A stretch of DNA of 64,000 bases from Paramecium tetraurelia (taxonomy: Eukaryota). The DNA is taken from contig CT868653.1 of the NCBI GenBank assembly GCA_000165425.1, positions 62,001-126,000 of the forward strand, written 5' to 3'. The position numbers and the translations under genes were made by a program. The number at the start of each line of letters is the position of its first letter. The first letter of the stretch is position 1. This document shows, piece after piece, positions 39,501-53,939 of the stretch. The notes beneath the pieces were generated by a model that was given only the letters and a program-made list of their open reading frames with translations, made no database searches and was not told where the DNA came from.

Positions 39501-41243
39501 TCACTCCATCTCGACTTAGATTTCTAGACTCTCACATAATTGAATGACCTTATCAACCTCATCCATTAATTATCCTTTGTCTTTACTGTACAATTAGAGT
39601 AAACAAGAAGTTTGTTAATTATCAGATTGGCCAGCTTGAATGTCTACAATGTTGAATTTACAACCACTAAAAGATTTAATACAATAATTACGATTAAACT
39701 ACTGATAAGATTTTATTGATCGCACCAGTGTCGAACAAATGTCCTGTTAATTTGATAGCCAAATAGGAAGGAACTTTCTTTAAGGCTTTTTTAGGTTAGA
39801 AACTTTCAGCTTCCTTCAATTAATCATTAATATTTCTTAAATGAGTAATATATTAAAATTTATGAGTTAGTTATCCATGTAATGTGATTGTAGCATTTTA
39901 TAAAAACACAGGTAACCCACTTTCCTCTAAAGGCTTGCTTGAATCTGAATAAGCAAGATGAGGAACAATGTCTCTCAGAGCAATACCAAAATCAATACTA
40001 GCATCATAAGGTAATTGAGAAGGTAAAAAATCTATTGACATGTACATAATGTCTTTTGGTGATTTTGCATCAAATTCATCATGAATTGATTCTGAAATTG
40101 GTTCATAAAAATAAACAGGATTATCAGGTGTTGTATATTTCTTTAAGAATTGAATTGATCCTTCCATATCACAAGTAACATCACATATGGCTTATAATCT
40201 ACTTTTTCCTGATTGAACTAAATCCTAAATTTTAAAATATTGTAATTACTTTCATTTATGAATTTGTAATGTATCTAGGGAATTTGTGATCCCAATATAT
40301 GTCATTTACTATAATAGTTAAATATGGTAAATATTTGGTATGGAAAACAGGGGTGTATTAATTTGGATGATTGTAATAATCTGCTGAAGTAAATTCCTTG
40401 TCATAGTCTTCTTGATGTCTAACTAAATCAGTTGTTTTGAATGGACACACATAAACTGTTCTTCTGTGTTTAGGATCATTTGGAGTATTCACTAATTCTT
40501 TCAATTCTGAAGGTTTAACCAAAGTTACGTGAAGATTAGATAATGCTTCCATTGAACCTTTACCACATAAACCTGATGAGCCCAGAACACCAATAATAAT
40601 TGGTAATCCTGCTTCCTTTGGAAGTCCTCTATCCTTGATGGCTTGTCCTGCCACATTTAGTGCTTAATAAGCGTCCTTTTTATTAAAGTATTAATAGGTT
40701 GGGCCTATTTGGAGGAATGGAGTAGCAATGTCTCTTTTGAGTAAATACTTTCCGTATTCATTCAAGAATGTGATGATTCCTGCTATGCCTGCGTATGGGA
40801 ATGCTGTAGTATTAACACCCTATTGAATTAATATATAGATTACTTTTTCATCATAAATTCTTTCATAATCCAAATGTCTAATATTTTTCTTTATCATCAT
40901 GTCCAATGCAGGCATGTTGTGTGGCTATGCTTTAATTGTGTGAGACCAATGTAAGTAGGTCATTCCTTCGATGTATTTATCAAGTGGAATCTCTTTGATG
41001 CAAACAATGCCTTTGCATTAAGTCAAGTCTTCTTAAACTAAGCATCCAACTTCTAAATATTGTTCATCGGTAAAAATTCTTTTTGTTGATGGCTAGACCA
41101 CCATTTATATTTGTGGATGCTTAGATTAAACATGAATTCATTACTTTTTCCATGATGTATTTGCAATCGTGAGGAGGGATTGGAGTCCTTCTTTCCCAAT
41201 AAGATTTATCTTCAGCTCTAATACCGATGTACAACTTGTCCAT
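39501..41243 (-). CDS. Lysine-ketoglutarate reductase (LKR) domain plus LOR/SDH interdomain, without an SDH domain
   Basis: GIRAEDKSYWERRTPIPP, SHTIKAQPHNMPALD, DYERI, FPYAGIAG, AICDVTCDMEGSI, SIDFLPSQLP and IKLTGHLFDTGAIN, then stop at 39501. Confidence 0.88.
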
Positions 41244-41813
41244 TTCTTTTTCGAAATAATTTAAATATTAAAGATATGAAAATGCGTCACCCAGCTTTAT
41301 AATCTCAATTAATTAAATTGCTTATATAAAATATATTTAAATTGAATAGTGCATATAATGACGTTTTACTCAAAGACTTTCTAATTTTCTTATAATTGAA
41401 TTATTTTTTTACCATTGATTATATAGTTTATACAAAAACAAGAAACAGTAAAAGAATATTTTTACAAACTTTAAGATGCACCTTTGAGGTGTATTTTATA
41501 TTAAATATGAATTGAAAGATAAATAACTTTTAATGAATTCCCGGAAAAATAAATTCTTTCTTTTTTACTTCTCTGGTAAATTTCTCTTAGAGTCTTAGTT
41601 TAAGTTTTTCAGTTGATGGAATAAAAATTTTGATTTGATTTTGAACATTGTTTGTTCCATATAAGTATGATTTATTTCATTTTATTAAAAAATAACCGAA
41701 ATATTAATTCTTCATATTTATTACGTTGGAATTAAAATGGTTCGTATTTTTCAGAATTTGATAAGTGAAATGGAATAACATTCAAAATATATTAATTAAA
41801 TTATCTTATTATC

Positions 41814-42368
41814 ATGTACAGATACGTCTCAAGTGAACTTGGCTTCAGAACACCTGCTTTGATTAATTCCATTAAAATTTTCGTCAGAGATTTCTCAGAT
41901 GTCCCTTCAATTTCTGTTTCGAGATTAAACACAGAAGAAATTAGCTAAGCTATGGAAATTCATTCATTATCATGGCAATAAAGCACAGATTCTACAAAAC
42001 TTATAAAAGAATTTAAATTCACCAATTTCAAGTAAACCTTCGTTTTCATGGGATCAGTCTCTTAAGTTGCCGATTAAATGCAACGTAATTCTTTATTACA
42101 ATATTTAGATTTCCCAAAATGGGTGCAAAAAGGAAACACAGTGACTGTTGAAATGACAACCTAGGATTGTAGAGGCATCTCAGTCAAGGATATTTTATTG
42201 GCTTATACTATGGATAACATTGCAAATGATGTCGAAAATCAAAAAGTTGAAAATGTGTGTGACACTGTTAAAGTATCTACAAATTAATTGTTAACCAATT
42301 GGAACTCAAATTATACTAAAACCGAAGAGTTATTCTAAGGTTTCCAAAAGAATATAGTTTAACTTTGA
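41814..42368 (+). CDS. Pterin-4a-carbinolamine dehydratase (PCD)-like protein, copy 1
   Basis: LIKEFKFTNFKQTFVFMGSVSQVADQMQHFPKW..TVEMTTQDCRGISVKDILLA. One short intron. Confidence 0.75.
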
Positions 42369-42636
42369 TACCTTATAAATATATATATATATAAGATATT
42401 ATAACTTCGTTAAATTTAATAAGCTATAAATCAGAATTGTCTTCTAAAACAATAATTTCAGATTTTATCAGTTAAATTAAACTGATATTAAATCACATCA
42501 TAATTTATAAGATTTTAATTAAGACGCAATTTTCTAGATTTATAAACCCCTAAAAGATCATAATATTTTAATAATTAAATTAAAAAATATTTACATGTAT
42601 AGATATATTTCATCATTTACATAAAATCATTTAATC

Positions 42637-43157
42637 ATGGAATAAATAAAAGTTTTTATAAAAGACTTTAAAGAAGTTCCAAAGTTAGCAACCTCGAAAC
42701 TCAACTAAGAACATGTCAATCAACTCAAAGACATCCAACAGCTGTCAGAATAATGGTAATTTAACTCATCAATGACAGTCATAAAGAGAGAATTTGAGTT
42801 CCCCACTTTTAAAGAAAGCTTTGCTTTTATGAGCTCTGTTTCTGATTTATCTGAGAAGATGGAACGTAAGATATTTAATTTAATCATTTAGATTATCCCA
42901 AATGGTACAATAAGGGAAATAAAGTCATTGTTGAAATCACCACTCCAAGCGTAGGACTGACAATAAAAGATATTTTGCTCGCCTACACTATGGATAACAT
43001 TTCAAATGATATCCTGAATGAAGACATCCAATTTATATGTTAATAAAGTAAATTGACTTCTCAATCTACAACATTATTAAATTGGTGGAACAAAAACTAC
43101 TCTAAATATGAGGAGGAAATATCTTCATAATTTTAGAGAAATGTCAATCAAATTTGA
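42637..43157 (+). CDS. PCD-like protein, copy 2 (tandem paralog)
   Basis: IKREFEFPTFKESFAFMSSVSDLSEKMEHYPKW..VEITTPSVGLTIKDILLAYTMDNI. Intron at the same position as in copy 1. Confidence 0.75.
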
Positions 43158-43363
43158 TGAGGATCAATCTGATTTTGTCAAATATATGTCATTCAAATTT
43201 ATATTATAATATATAATCACATTTTATTCTCAATCAATATATTGATCAAGCTTATAGATATTTATGTGCATCTACTTGTGCTTTACCTTGTCTTATTAAT
43301 ATAAGTTATTTAAGGTAGATTGAGTATTCTATATAATTTACATAAATTAAGTTTAATCATTTA

Positions 43364-44980
43364 ATGACAACCGAATAATAAAGTTCTAATAAGAAAACGT
43401 GGGCTGAATTAGCAGAAGAAGAGGATGATGAAATTGAAAATGGTTAATTCACAACAAATTCTGAAACTCTAGACAAAAATGAGATTCCTTCCCAACCAGG
43501 TTTGACAAAATCTGTATCAGAATTTCAATCTAAACCAAGAAATGAAAAATAAAGAAATAATAAATAGAGAGAAAATGGTGGTAATGGTCTCAAAAATTAT
43601 AAACAAAATAATTCACTTCAAGTCAAAGGAAACAATAAACAAAATAGATAATCAAAAAGTATTCAATTCTAATATAGTAGGCAATTATGATGAAGTTTAT
43701 GATGCTTTATTTGAAACAACCAATTAGGAAATTATTTTAAGAGTTAAAACATAAAATAAAAGTGAAAATTTAGAGGCTGTTAAAGAATATTTTGAAAAAC
43801 AGTATTAAAATATAAAAGCATTTCCAAGAAACGATATTAATTAGGTGGATTTATTGACATCCCCCAAAATTGGATTGTATATACTGGAGGATCTTAGATT
43901 TAAAGTAAGATTCATTATAAATTAAGGTCCAAATTGGTGATTCTCAATTTGCAATTTACTATCCTTAATTTCCAAACGAATAATTGTCTGAATATTATGC
44001 AAAGAAAAGGTATTTAGAAAAGGAAAAGAAATCTCAATAATCGAATGCTGTTTTTCAAAGAAGTGCCATTAATTCTAAAGTCAATGATTAATAGGATTAT
44101 TATGAAAAATCTGATGGTAGTAGCAACACCTTAGAAAAGGTTTAGTATGATTAACCTTAAATTTATAAAGAGAAAGATTACCAATAAGATGAAGAACAAG
44201 AATACAACTAATCCTAAAATAGATAAAAATATGAAAAGAAGGATTTTAATAAATAAACAAATTATAGACCTAGAAATTTTAACAAATAATCTGAATAATA
44301 TGATTAAGAATAAGATTGGAGAGAATACTAAGATGAAAAATATTCTAATTATAAATCTCATAAATATAGAAATGAATAACATATACCTAAAGAAAGCTAT
44401 CAAAATTAAAAATATCATTCAAATAAAGGATATGAATACACAGAGAAAACCACTTCTAACAACAATTAATCTCCTTTTCAATAAAAAGAACAAAATAAAG
44501 ATTATAGAAATAATTATTATTATTAAAATAATAATAACAATAATGGTAATAGTAATAGTAATAATAATAATAATAATAACAATAATCATAATTATAATTA
44601 AAAAAGATCTTACTAATAAAATAACAAATAAAAAAGCGATTAATATGTAATTTATGAAGAGAAATAGAAAAAAGATTATTATGAAGAACCAGATAATTAA
44701 AAAATAAATGAAGATAATTTTGAAGGTGAAGTTAAGAATCCTTAAAAGATTAATTAAGCAATTTAGTAGCAAAATTTGAATGAAGAAAATTATGAGGATA
44801 CATAAATAGATAGTGAAAATGAACAAGATCAGGAATAAGTTGAGGAAAATAAATCTCCAAATAAAAATAAAAAGAAGAAAAAAAATAAAAAAGCTTAAAA
44901 AGTAGTATTTATGTTTATATTAGACCTCAAAACCAAATGACACCAATTTCTTTGGAATATTATAGAGTGTAACAAAATGA
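43364..44980 (+). CDS. Hypothetical low-complexity Q/N/E/Y-rich protein
   Basis: Starts MTTEQQSSNKKTWAELAEEEDD, contains Y-E/D-K/Q-rich and poly-Asn tracts, and ends ..NFFGILQSVTK-TGA after a short intron. Confidence 0.65.
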
Positions 44981-45282
44981 AAAATTAGAATCAATATTAC
45001 AATTTTATTCTCACACAGAATTATCTAATGCTATAATAACAAACATCTGTTATTAAGAAATCCTTCTTTACATTTGTCCATTTTTTTCTTCATAATTAGT
45101 TTTTGTTTTATAATACATTTTTATTAAGCATTAACTTATAGGGGGGACAAAATTTTTACATTTATTATTATTTAATAATAGATTTGAATAAAGAATTACA
45201 CTTTATCAATACTCTGTCTTTTCTATTATATTCTACAGAATAGTTTTTAGATTTCAAATATATTTTATATTTATTATTTTTC

Positions 45283-45570
45283 ATGGGTTGTGCATTCTAG
45301 AAGAAAAAATATTTAAAGAATCCGGAGGGCTTTTAATTTCGTTAAAAATAACTATAACCCGAAGAATAATCAGGATAGCTAACGACTAAATCACCATAGT
45401 GTCGTAGTACAAGAGCTCATTCTACTAAAAACTCTAAACAAATCTCAAGGGAATAACAGATTAGAATTGAAAAACTTTTATTTGGTAAAAGAAGAAATAC
45501 AAATACCCCATAATGCCCCGAGGAAGAATATATATATTAGAGAACTATAATTGGATTGATAGCAAATTGA
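45283..45570 (+). CDS. Small 95-aa protein with N-terminal MGC (myristoylation/palmitoylation-like) motif
   Basis: Intronless ORF MGCAFQKKKYLKNPE.. ending at TGA 45568-45570. Confidence 0.55.
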
Positions 45571-45788
45571 GCGTAGATTATATAACTTGTATTAGAATAG
45601 ATATTTAATTAAAATTATATTTATCAAAATCTCATTGATGTTATCATAGAAATAGTTTTTGCTTTAATAATTTATTAATACTTAAAATCATTCTAAAATA
45701 AATTTTAAATCAAAGTAACTAAAAGCTTGAATATTAATAATATGAATTATGATAAAGTGATATTTATATATTAAAATGAAGCATATAT

Positions 45789-46741
45789 TCATGAGAGTTA
45801 ATGTTTAGGCTTTTTGGAATGCACTAAACTATTCTAGGTTGCTGGTAATTGTAAACCCTTTTTGAATTGCTTAGTTAATTTGTTTAAATCTAGTTTTTAT
45901 GGTCTATTTCTAGCTTATATAAGTTTGATCAATTTGTCTTCCATATTGAATAACTGTCTGCTTTGATGGATCAAAAATGAATCAATAAGAGAGTATTAGA
46001 TATCGTTAATACCAAAATTATCTTTTGTGCTAACAGTATGGATGATAGGATGAATATTTTTGAATTATTTAATTTCCCTTGCTAGATACAGTTGCCTATC
46101 AAACAGCATTCTCTCCTTAACCTTATCACATTTTGTTAACACAATTTATATGTTCACATTTTACTCTTATAACATATTTAACATGACTCTATCTTTATCT
46201 TTAAGACCATGTTCAATGTCAATAAGCACATATATTCTCGATAATCTTGATGCCAATTTTGTGTAGGTGTATATCATCCCTTGCATATACTTTTATGCAT
46301 CAACATTTATTTAAGAATACCCATATCCAGGACTATCTACTACAAATCCATTAATTGTTTGAATATTGTGAAATTATAATCTTAAAGTACTACCCTATAT
46401 ATTATATGATGTTTTCTTACAGTTCTGCTTGATGTTTCAGCAACCTTTTATCCTAATATTGCATTAATCAAACTTGACTTGCCCACATTAGATCTTCCAA
46501 CAAATAGCACCTCTTTAGGCTTTTTCAAAATTTATTGATCTTGTTTTAATTGGTCTATGAGAAATCCTTTAAGTTTAGAAGGAACAATTTCAAATTGATT
46601 AGGCAATAAGGATGTGCCTATCTTTAAACCTTTTAGTAAATTTCCATAATCAGAATGATACTTATACAATTAATAATTATGGATATCTAGTGAAGGGTAT
46701 TTGATTGAACTGAATTTAAGACCAACCTTAATTATATTCAT
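45789..46741 (-). CDS. engB: EngB/YihA (YsxC) family GTPase, probably organellar
   Basis: G1 GRSNVGKSSLIN, G3 DSPGYG, LIDIEHGLKDKD, G4 TKCDK. N-terminal extension present. Confidence 0.9.
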
Positions 46742-46784
46742 AATTATTTGATTATAATATTTAATTATTTTGCAACATTTATAA

Positions 46785-48330
46785 TCATGTGAACAAGTTC
46801 ATAAAATTATTTTCAAATATTGTAAAGAATTGATCAATTTACATAAACAGGCTTTTATTTTTTGTCTTTTTGCTGACTGATTCTAAAGCCTTACATATGG
46901 GTGATTTTAATAAGAGCTATAAAAATTCTGCTGGAATATCTGCACCCTCTGAAATGATAGTTTCTAAAACAATTATAATCTGAATTTATATCTGAACATC
47001 AATGTCCATTTAAATCAAATCCATAAGTTTTTCTAACAGCCCTTAATTAATGAGTTCCATTTTATAATTGATGGTTGCTCTTTGTAATATGATGTCAATG
47101 GCATCCAATATAATTTATATATGATTTTATTCTTAATACTTGACGCTATCAATTAGCCATTAAATTATTGTTGTTTATTATTGTTCAAATTAACATTTTA
47201 GACTTATTAAATTCATCAACTCGTCAATTTCAAGTACAGAATCAAGAATATCTTTTAAAATTAGCAAACCTTATGTTTTTATACAAGAACTCTCATTTAT
47301 CAACCTCATTAAGACTTCAATCAACCCCATATTAATCAAAATATCAATTGGATTATGAAGTTGTTGGAAAGATCGAAATAGATGTCCCAATATTTTGACA
47401 ATATAATATTTTGAGCATTCCAAATCTGTTTCATTTTTCAGAAAACTTAATTTTATAAGATTTGCTAAATAGGATGGTAATTATTCTATTTTTGAAATAT
47501 CAAAATTTTCCATTTCAAGTAATTTCAATTACATTTTTCCTGATTTAAGATACAAGAATAATAAATTTGAATATTCATTAGGATTCTTCAAATTTAAAGC
47601 AGAAAAGTAAAAATTATTCAAAATATTTAGTTCATTTTCTGAAACATTTTCATTTCTATAAAATCTAATCACATGATAATAAAACTCGATCAAATTAGTT
47701 CGCAAAACCTGAAACTCATCATATTCAACTATTTTTTAAAATTATACCAAAAAGTCATAACCTTCTTAAGTTAAATAAAATTTAACTGTAGACATGTCGT
47801 CAATTATTAAGGATTAGAGAATGTTAATAATTAATTCAAGGATTGCTAGATTTAAATAATTCTTGGTAGTTAAAATTGAAGAAATTGTCAACATAAACTA
47901 TTTTTCATGTTGCTTTATATATAAATATGCCACTTCATCAAAAAGCAATTAGCAATCAAAATATCTGAGATAATCTACCAATGTCTATGTATATATTAAT
48001 TTTGATTACATATTCATTAAATTATCTTGAACAAAATTGGTTAACTATGATATCCTTCAGGAATGATGTTTTTTTGAGAATATCCTTAGTGTTTTGATGT
48101 TTTAAAATTAAACATATGCATTATTATACAGATTCCAAATCCATAGATCTCTCTGTTATTTATCTAATTTAATCTAAAATTTGATCATTTTTTGAATTAA
48201 AATTGTTGTTTTCAACTCTATTTACTTCGATGATTCTTTTTTTTTCAAATTCTTTGCTCAGGTTCTATTTTCTAATTTAAAACCGAAATGATTCTCTTTT
48301 TTATTTTAAATTTTCTTCCACTCCTATCAT
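46785..48330 (-). CDS. Divergent importin-alpha-like helical-repeat protein with IBB-like N-terminus
   Basis: KQKRESFRFQIRKQNLSKEFEKKR matches the IBB pattern, followed by a helical ARM-like body. Internal intron positions are approximate. Confidence 0.6.
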
Positions 48331-48410
48331 TATTTTATTAAATGTATATTTTGGTATTTATTGAAATTATTATATATATCATTATTATTCAAAGTTTAAA
48401 AGTTTGCAAA

Positions 48411-51122
48411 ATGTCGAGTTTTGTTCATTGGATTATTAACTATTTTGAGTTTAATTATGTTGTAACATCGCACTATTATTAGTTCTACTACTATTCATAA
48501 TTTTAGGGGTTCCTTATTATAAAATTGAAAAACTAGTTTTGCTATTTATCTATTTGCTCTTACTATTTTTTAATTATTCAACTACAAATATTATATAAGA
48601 ATACATTTTTTTAATATGAAATCTTAAGTCTCCTAACTATAATCTATTTTACTATTAATATTTGAATTGTTGTAAACATTTTCTTTTGAAACAGGTAATT
48701 ACTATGGTTTAACCTATTATTTTAAGAGTGGAGATTCCTAATACGCATATAACAATTATGTTGATGGGGTCATTAAGCCAGCCTGTTAGGATTATAAATT
48801 TGAAGTAAAAGTCTATTGTCTGGGTAGAATATCCCTTAAAGGTGAATCTAAAATCTTATTGTTCAAGGCAGGATTCTTGTTGTTCATAGGAGATTATGGA
48901 ACATTGTTTGACTTGATTTCAGTCGACATCTGTAACATAAATGATTTAATTTAAGGAATGAAACTTTGGTTATAATAGGATACAATGTCCCCTAAAATAT
49001 ATTAATTATATGCATACCCATGCTGTCATTTGAAATATATGTATTGCAAACAATCTTTTTTATAAATTATTTTGAGTACCATGTATTAGTGATTTCATAA
49101 GCATTAATAATTTATTAAAATTTTAATTGATTTCCAGTTAATTTTGTTACAGCATAAATACTCGCCAAAACTACTTAATCTAATGAGTGATGTCTTAAAT
49201 GGTCAGTCTTTTCACTGATGATATATTTAATAGTAATCCAAATATATTCTTAAAATTATTCCTACAATTTAAGATTACTGCAAATAATTTAGATTTGAAA
49301 TGCGCAATAATGTAACACTCTTTTGAACAGTCTATTCATCTAATTATTATTTTATTAGTATCTGCTTAGATGGATTTCATTTAGAAATTTTATCAATTCA
49401 GATTAACTATCGCAAGACCAAATGGAATAGGAAACGAATTTAACTTCAAGATCTAGTATGTGTTCTTTGAGTTAATGTGGTACTTTTGAATCAAATTGAT
49501 TTAAAAAGAAATCTAACCATTTCCAAAGTTGATAATGTTGAATTTCACATTTCTACATCAATTGATCTAAAAGTTGTGATTATTTGTTCAAAACAAAATA
49601 AACACATTCAATGCTGAAGCAAATTAAACTCTTAAGCATTTATTCATCGATTTAAAAATTGGATTTGTCTAGTAATAACACATATAAGGTCCAATATTAA
49701 TTCGTCTTTGATTTATTTTCATCAATTAAATTGCTCTCTTAACAATACTAAATACATTCATTAAATGTTTTGTCTATCAAATCAAAGTATTTTGTTTGAT
49801 TTTATAGGTTCTAAAATGTTTAAGGAGTTTATTATAACATTTAGTTAACATTTAGAATTCCATTCTTAAACAATTTTTTGAAGGGCTACTATTTTTCATG
49901 TATCCAATTATACATCTCCATTGCTTCAGTCATAGGAGTGGCAACGATAGATTATTGAGCATAAGGAGACATTAAGACAGTTTATGGCAATTTAATTTCT
50001 CTTAAGTTAGTTGTAAGTGTAATTTTAGTATCAAGTTCATAATTCAAAAGTTTTTGATATCTATTTTATTATTATTACTATTATGATGATGGTTATAATT
50101 CTCTACTTTAATCATACTTGGATTGCATAGCCAATTATTTAATATTATTAGATTTTAGAGTGTTTAGATTTGGAGTTAACTTCTTGGGCGTTAAATTTTT
50201 TTATCTATCAGGAATAAGCAATCTTTCATCGAATTCATCTGATTTGAGGAGCTGCTTATATTATTAATCTAATTTATATTAATTTGAATTGATAATGCTG
50301 GCCATGAAAATGGAGAATCCAGTGTTGCTCTTTAATTACTTAATAATATTCTGTTTAATTAATTCAGCATATTACAATTTGACTTATAGATTGATTGAGG
50401 AGAATAAATCCAAATCTTAAATTTTGAATGAGTTGATTAGAAATTATTAAATTTGATGTGTTTGTTCTTCTTCTCCAGTAGCCTGTTTCTTAATATCTGA
50501 TAGTATTTTATTAGTTGTAGGGAAAACATTCAATAATTAACTAAGGATAGTGGTTAGGATTGATATCAGAATGCATGTAGATTGGACGACGTCTTGTAAA
50601 TTTAAAGATTCTAATTGAATATTGCTGATATTTACTTTTTGTAATCAAAAATAGGAGCCAAGTGATATTTTTAATGAGAATGTTTTAATCGTTCATTTTG
50701 AAATGGAGTAAAAGTGCCTCCATTTTCTAATAAAACATGTTTAGGATTTAATTGTTATGTTTCAGGAGAGTTAACGTCTTTTAGCATGTTTAATCGACTT
50801 TTAATTCGGTAACCATGTTAATAGCCACATCAATCAATTGATCTATATTAGTGATTCCTTTATTTTAACAATCGTTGATTATGGAATTTAAGGATATCCC
50901 TGAACCATAGACGATGGAACCGTCTATTGCAACTATCTGCTATTATTTTGATGCCAACCACAAAGCCAATCTTGGAATGACTATATAATCATTCGTTTTA
51001 TTATTTAAAATATAGTTATTTGTCATTTCCTACATTAATTTGAATGTTGATTAATCAAGACTAAATGTTTAGTAAATGAGTTGTAGTTGTTGTTGCAGAG
51101 ATTCTGTGTCCATAATATTTGA
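48411..51122 (+). pseudogene. Possible relic of a large decayed gene
   Basis: About 2.7 kb with only short coding-like fragments broken by TGAs and frameshifts. This is an unusually long gap for this window. Strand is tentative. Confidence 0.3.
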
Positions 51123-51145
51123 ATTTGAATAAATTAATATTTATT

Positions 51146-53574
<2,429 letters not shown>

Positions 53575-53939
53575 GTTTGATAAACTATCTTTAAACCATT
53601 TTTGAATTTATTATTTTCGTCTTAGTCATAATTTAGATTTTATATTTATCATTTGAATCAGAAATTAATAAAATATAAAAAATGATTTATAATGACAATA
53701 AAATTTAAATAGAAAATAACACATCTTTAGTAATTAAATAGATTGTATAAATTTTATAAATGAATCAAGAACCAATCTTACGTTTATAAACTTTTCCAAA
53801 AATCTTTTATTCATGTTATAAATAATTATATTTTTCTTAACTTCCAGGCTAAAATTTCTCATCAATTTTATTGAAATTCTTTTAATTTTAACAAATTGAA
53901 TTTCTAATCCTTCTCTGATGGGTAGTAATCTCATCCTTT

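Noticed and set aside
44131..44826. Hydrophobic Ile/Phe-rich ORFs in the ORF track that look like membrane proteins
   Set aside because: They are antisense or off-frame shadows of the Q/N-rich + strand gene.
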